Below are positions 63,395-64,000 of a DNA stretch of 64,000 nt, piece by piece; the first letter of the stretch is position 1; every line of letters starts with the position of its first letter. The notes beneath the pieces were generated by a model that did not search any database, was not told the origin of the DNA, and saw nothing but the letters and a program-made list of their open reading frames with translations. This stretch comes from Pristiophorus japonicus (taxonomy: Eukaryota): NCBI RefSeq assembly GCF_044704955.1, contig NC_091981.1, positions 222,084,001 to 222,148,000 on the forward strand. Reading direction: 5' to 3'. The position numbers and the translations under genes were made by a program.

Positions 63395-63545
63395 ATTTCA
63401 TTGCTGTTTGTGCTCCCTTGCTGGGCACAAATTAGCTGTTGCATTTGCCTACATAACAACAATAACTAAAAAGTAATAATTGGCTGCGAAGTGCTTTGGG
63501 ACACCCTGAGGACATGAACCGGGCAATATAAATGCAAGACCTCTT
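63395..63545 (+). mobile_element. SINE 3' fragment resembling the Deu-domain SINEs (SacSINE1/AmnSINE1-like)
   Basis: cattgctgtttgtg...caaattagctg...attggctgcgaagtgctttgggac..tgagg...atataaatgcaag, recognised from memory. Confidence 0.55.
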
Positions 63546-63599
63546 CCTTTATTATTTAATCTTCTGTTCTGATGATATTCACGTGTTGCAGTCACTAAG

Positions 63600-64000
63600 T
63601 GGGTGAAATAAGGAGCGTCCCATTTGGGGCACTAACTTTTAAAAGTTTGAAAAATTAGCGGCAGACGCTAATGATTTCAAACTATTAAAAAACTCGCGTT
63701 TGCGCTCCAAGAAGGAAGTGGGGTGCTAAATCAAGCGCTCCACTTCCTTCCTGGAGCGCAATTGGCAGCAAGTGGGGCAGTGAGTTCAGCAGTGCTGCAC
63801 ACTGGGCCATGCAGCGTGCCACGTTGAAAGGTTCCTTCCCGCCCTTAAACGGAAGAGCCATCGCTGCAGGCTCTGCAAAGGAAAAAAAACTTACCTTCTC
63901 CACGACGACAGATGTGATCCTGCCCGATCAGCCCGGCATTCAAGCAGAGTATGGGGCTGATCGATCGCGGGCACGAACCTGTGAAAAAACCTGCAAGAGA
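63600..64000. mobile_element. GC-rich MITE cut by the window end
   Basis: Reverse complement of blocks in 27340-27610 and 35780-35930 (ggggcactaacttttaaaag, gcaggctctgcaaa). Confidence 0.7.

Noticed and set aside
1-64000. tRNA, rRNA or prokaryote-type systems
   Set aside because: None recognised; the content is spliced vertebrate exons and vertebrate transposons.

Overview
Eukaryotic genomic DNA, by repeat content most likely a cartilaginous fish (shark). The window lies inside one + strand gene: eight GT-AG exons (813 nt, phases join into one open frame) encoding the thigh, genu and calf-1 region of an integrin alpha chain that best matches integrin alpha-8 (ITGA8, from recalled sequence). 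The gene starts and ends outside the window. The introns are packed with decayed, nested transposons: CR1, L2, RTE, Crack/Daphne-like and Tx1 LINEs, one full-length and one deleted Gypsy element, solo LTRs, PIF/Harbinger-type MITEs with remnants of Harbinger genes, SINEs and Penelope-like ends. Nearly all ORFs in the supplied track are TE fragments, their antisense shadows or noise. I found no convincing wholly new system. The best leads are: apparent paired loss of both cysteines of a conserved integrin thigh disulfide; a young inverted CR1 pair bracketing two exons (circRNA or in-frame skipping candidate); a minimal hammerhead ribozyme motif; a 1.08-kb retrovirus-like solo LTR; and a spliced Harbinger Myb/SANT gene remnant. 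TE boundaries are by eye and approximate unless a target-site duplication (TSD) is quoted.
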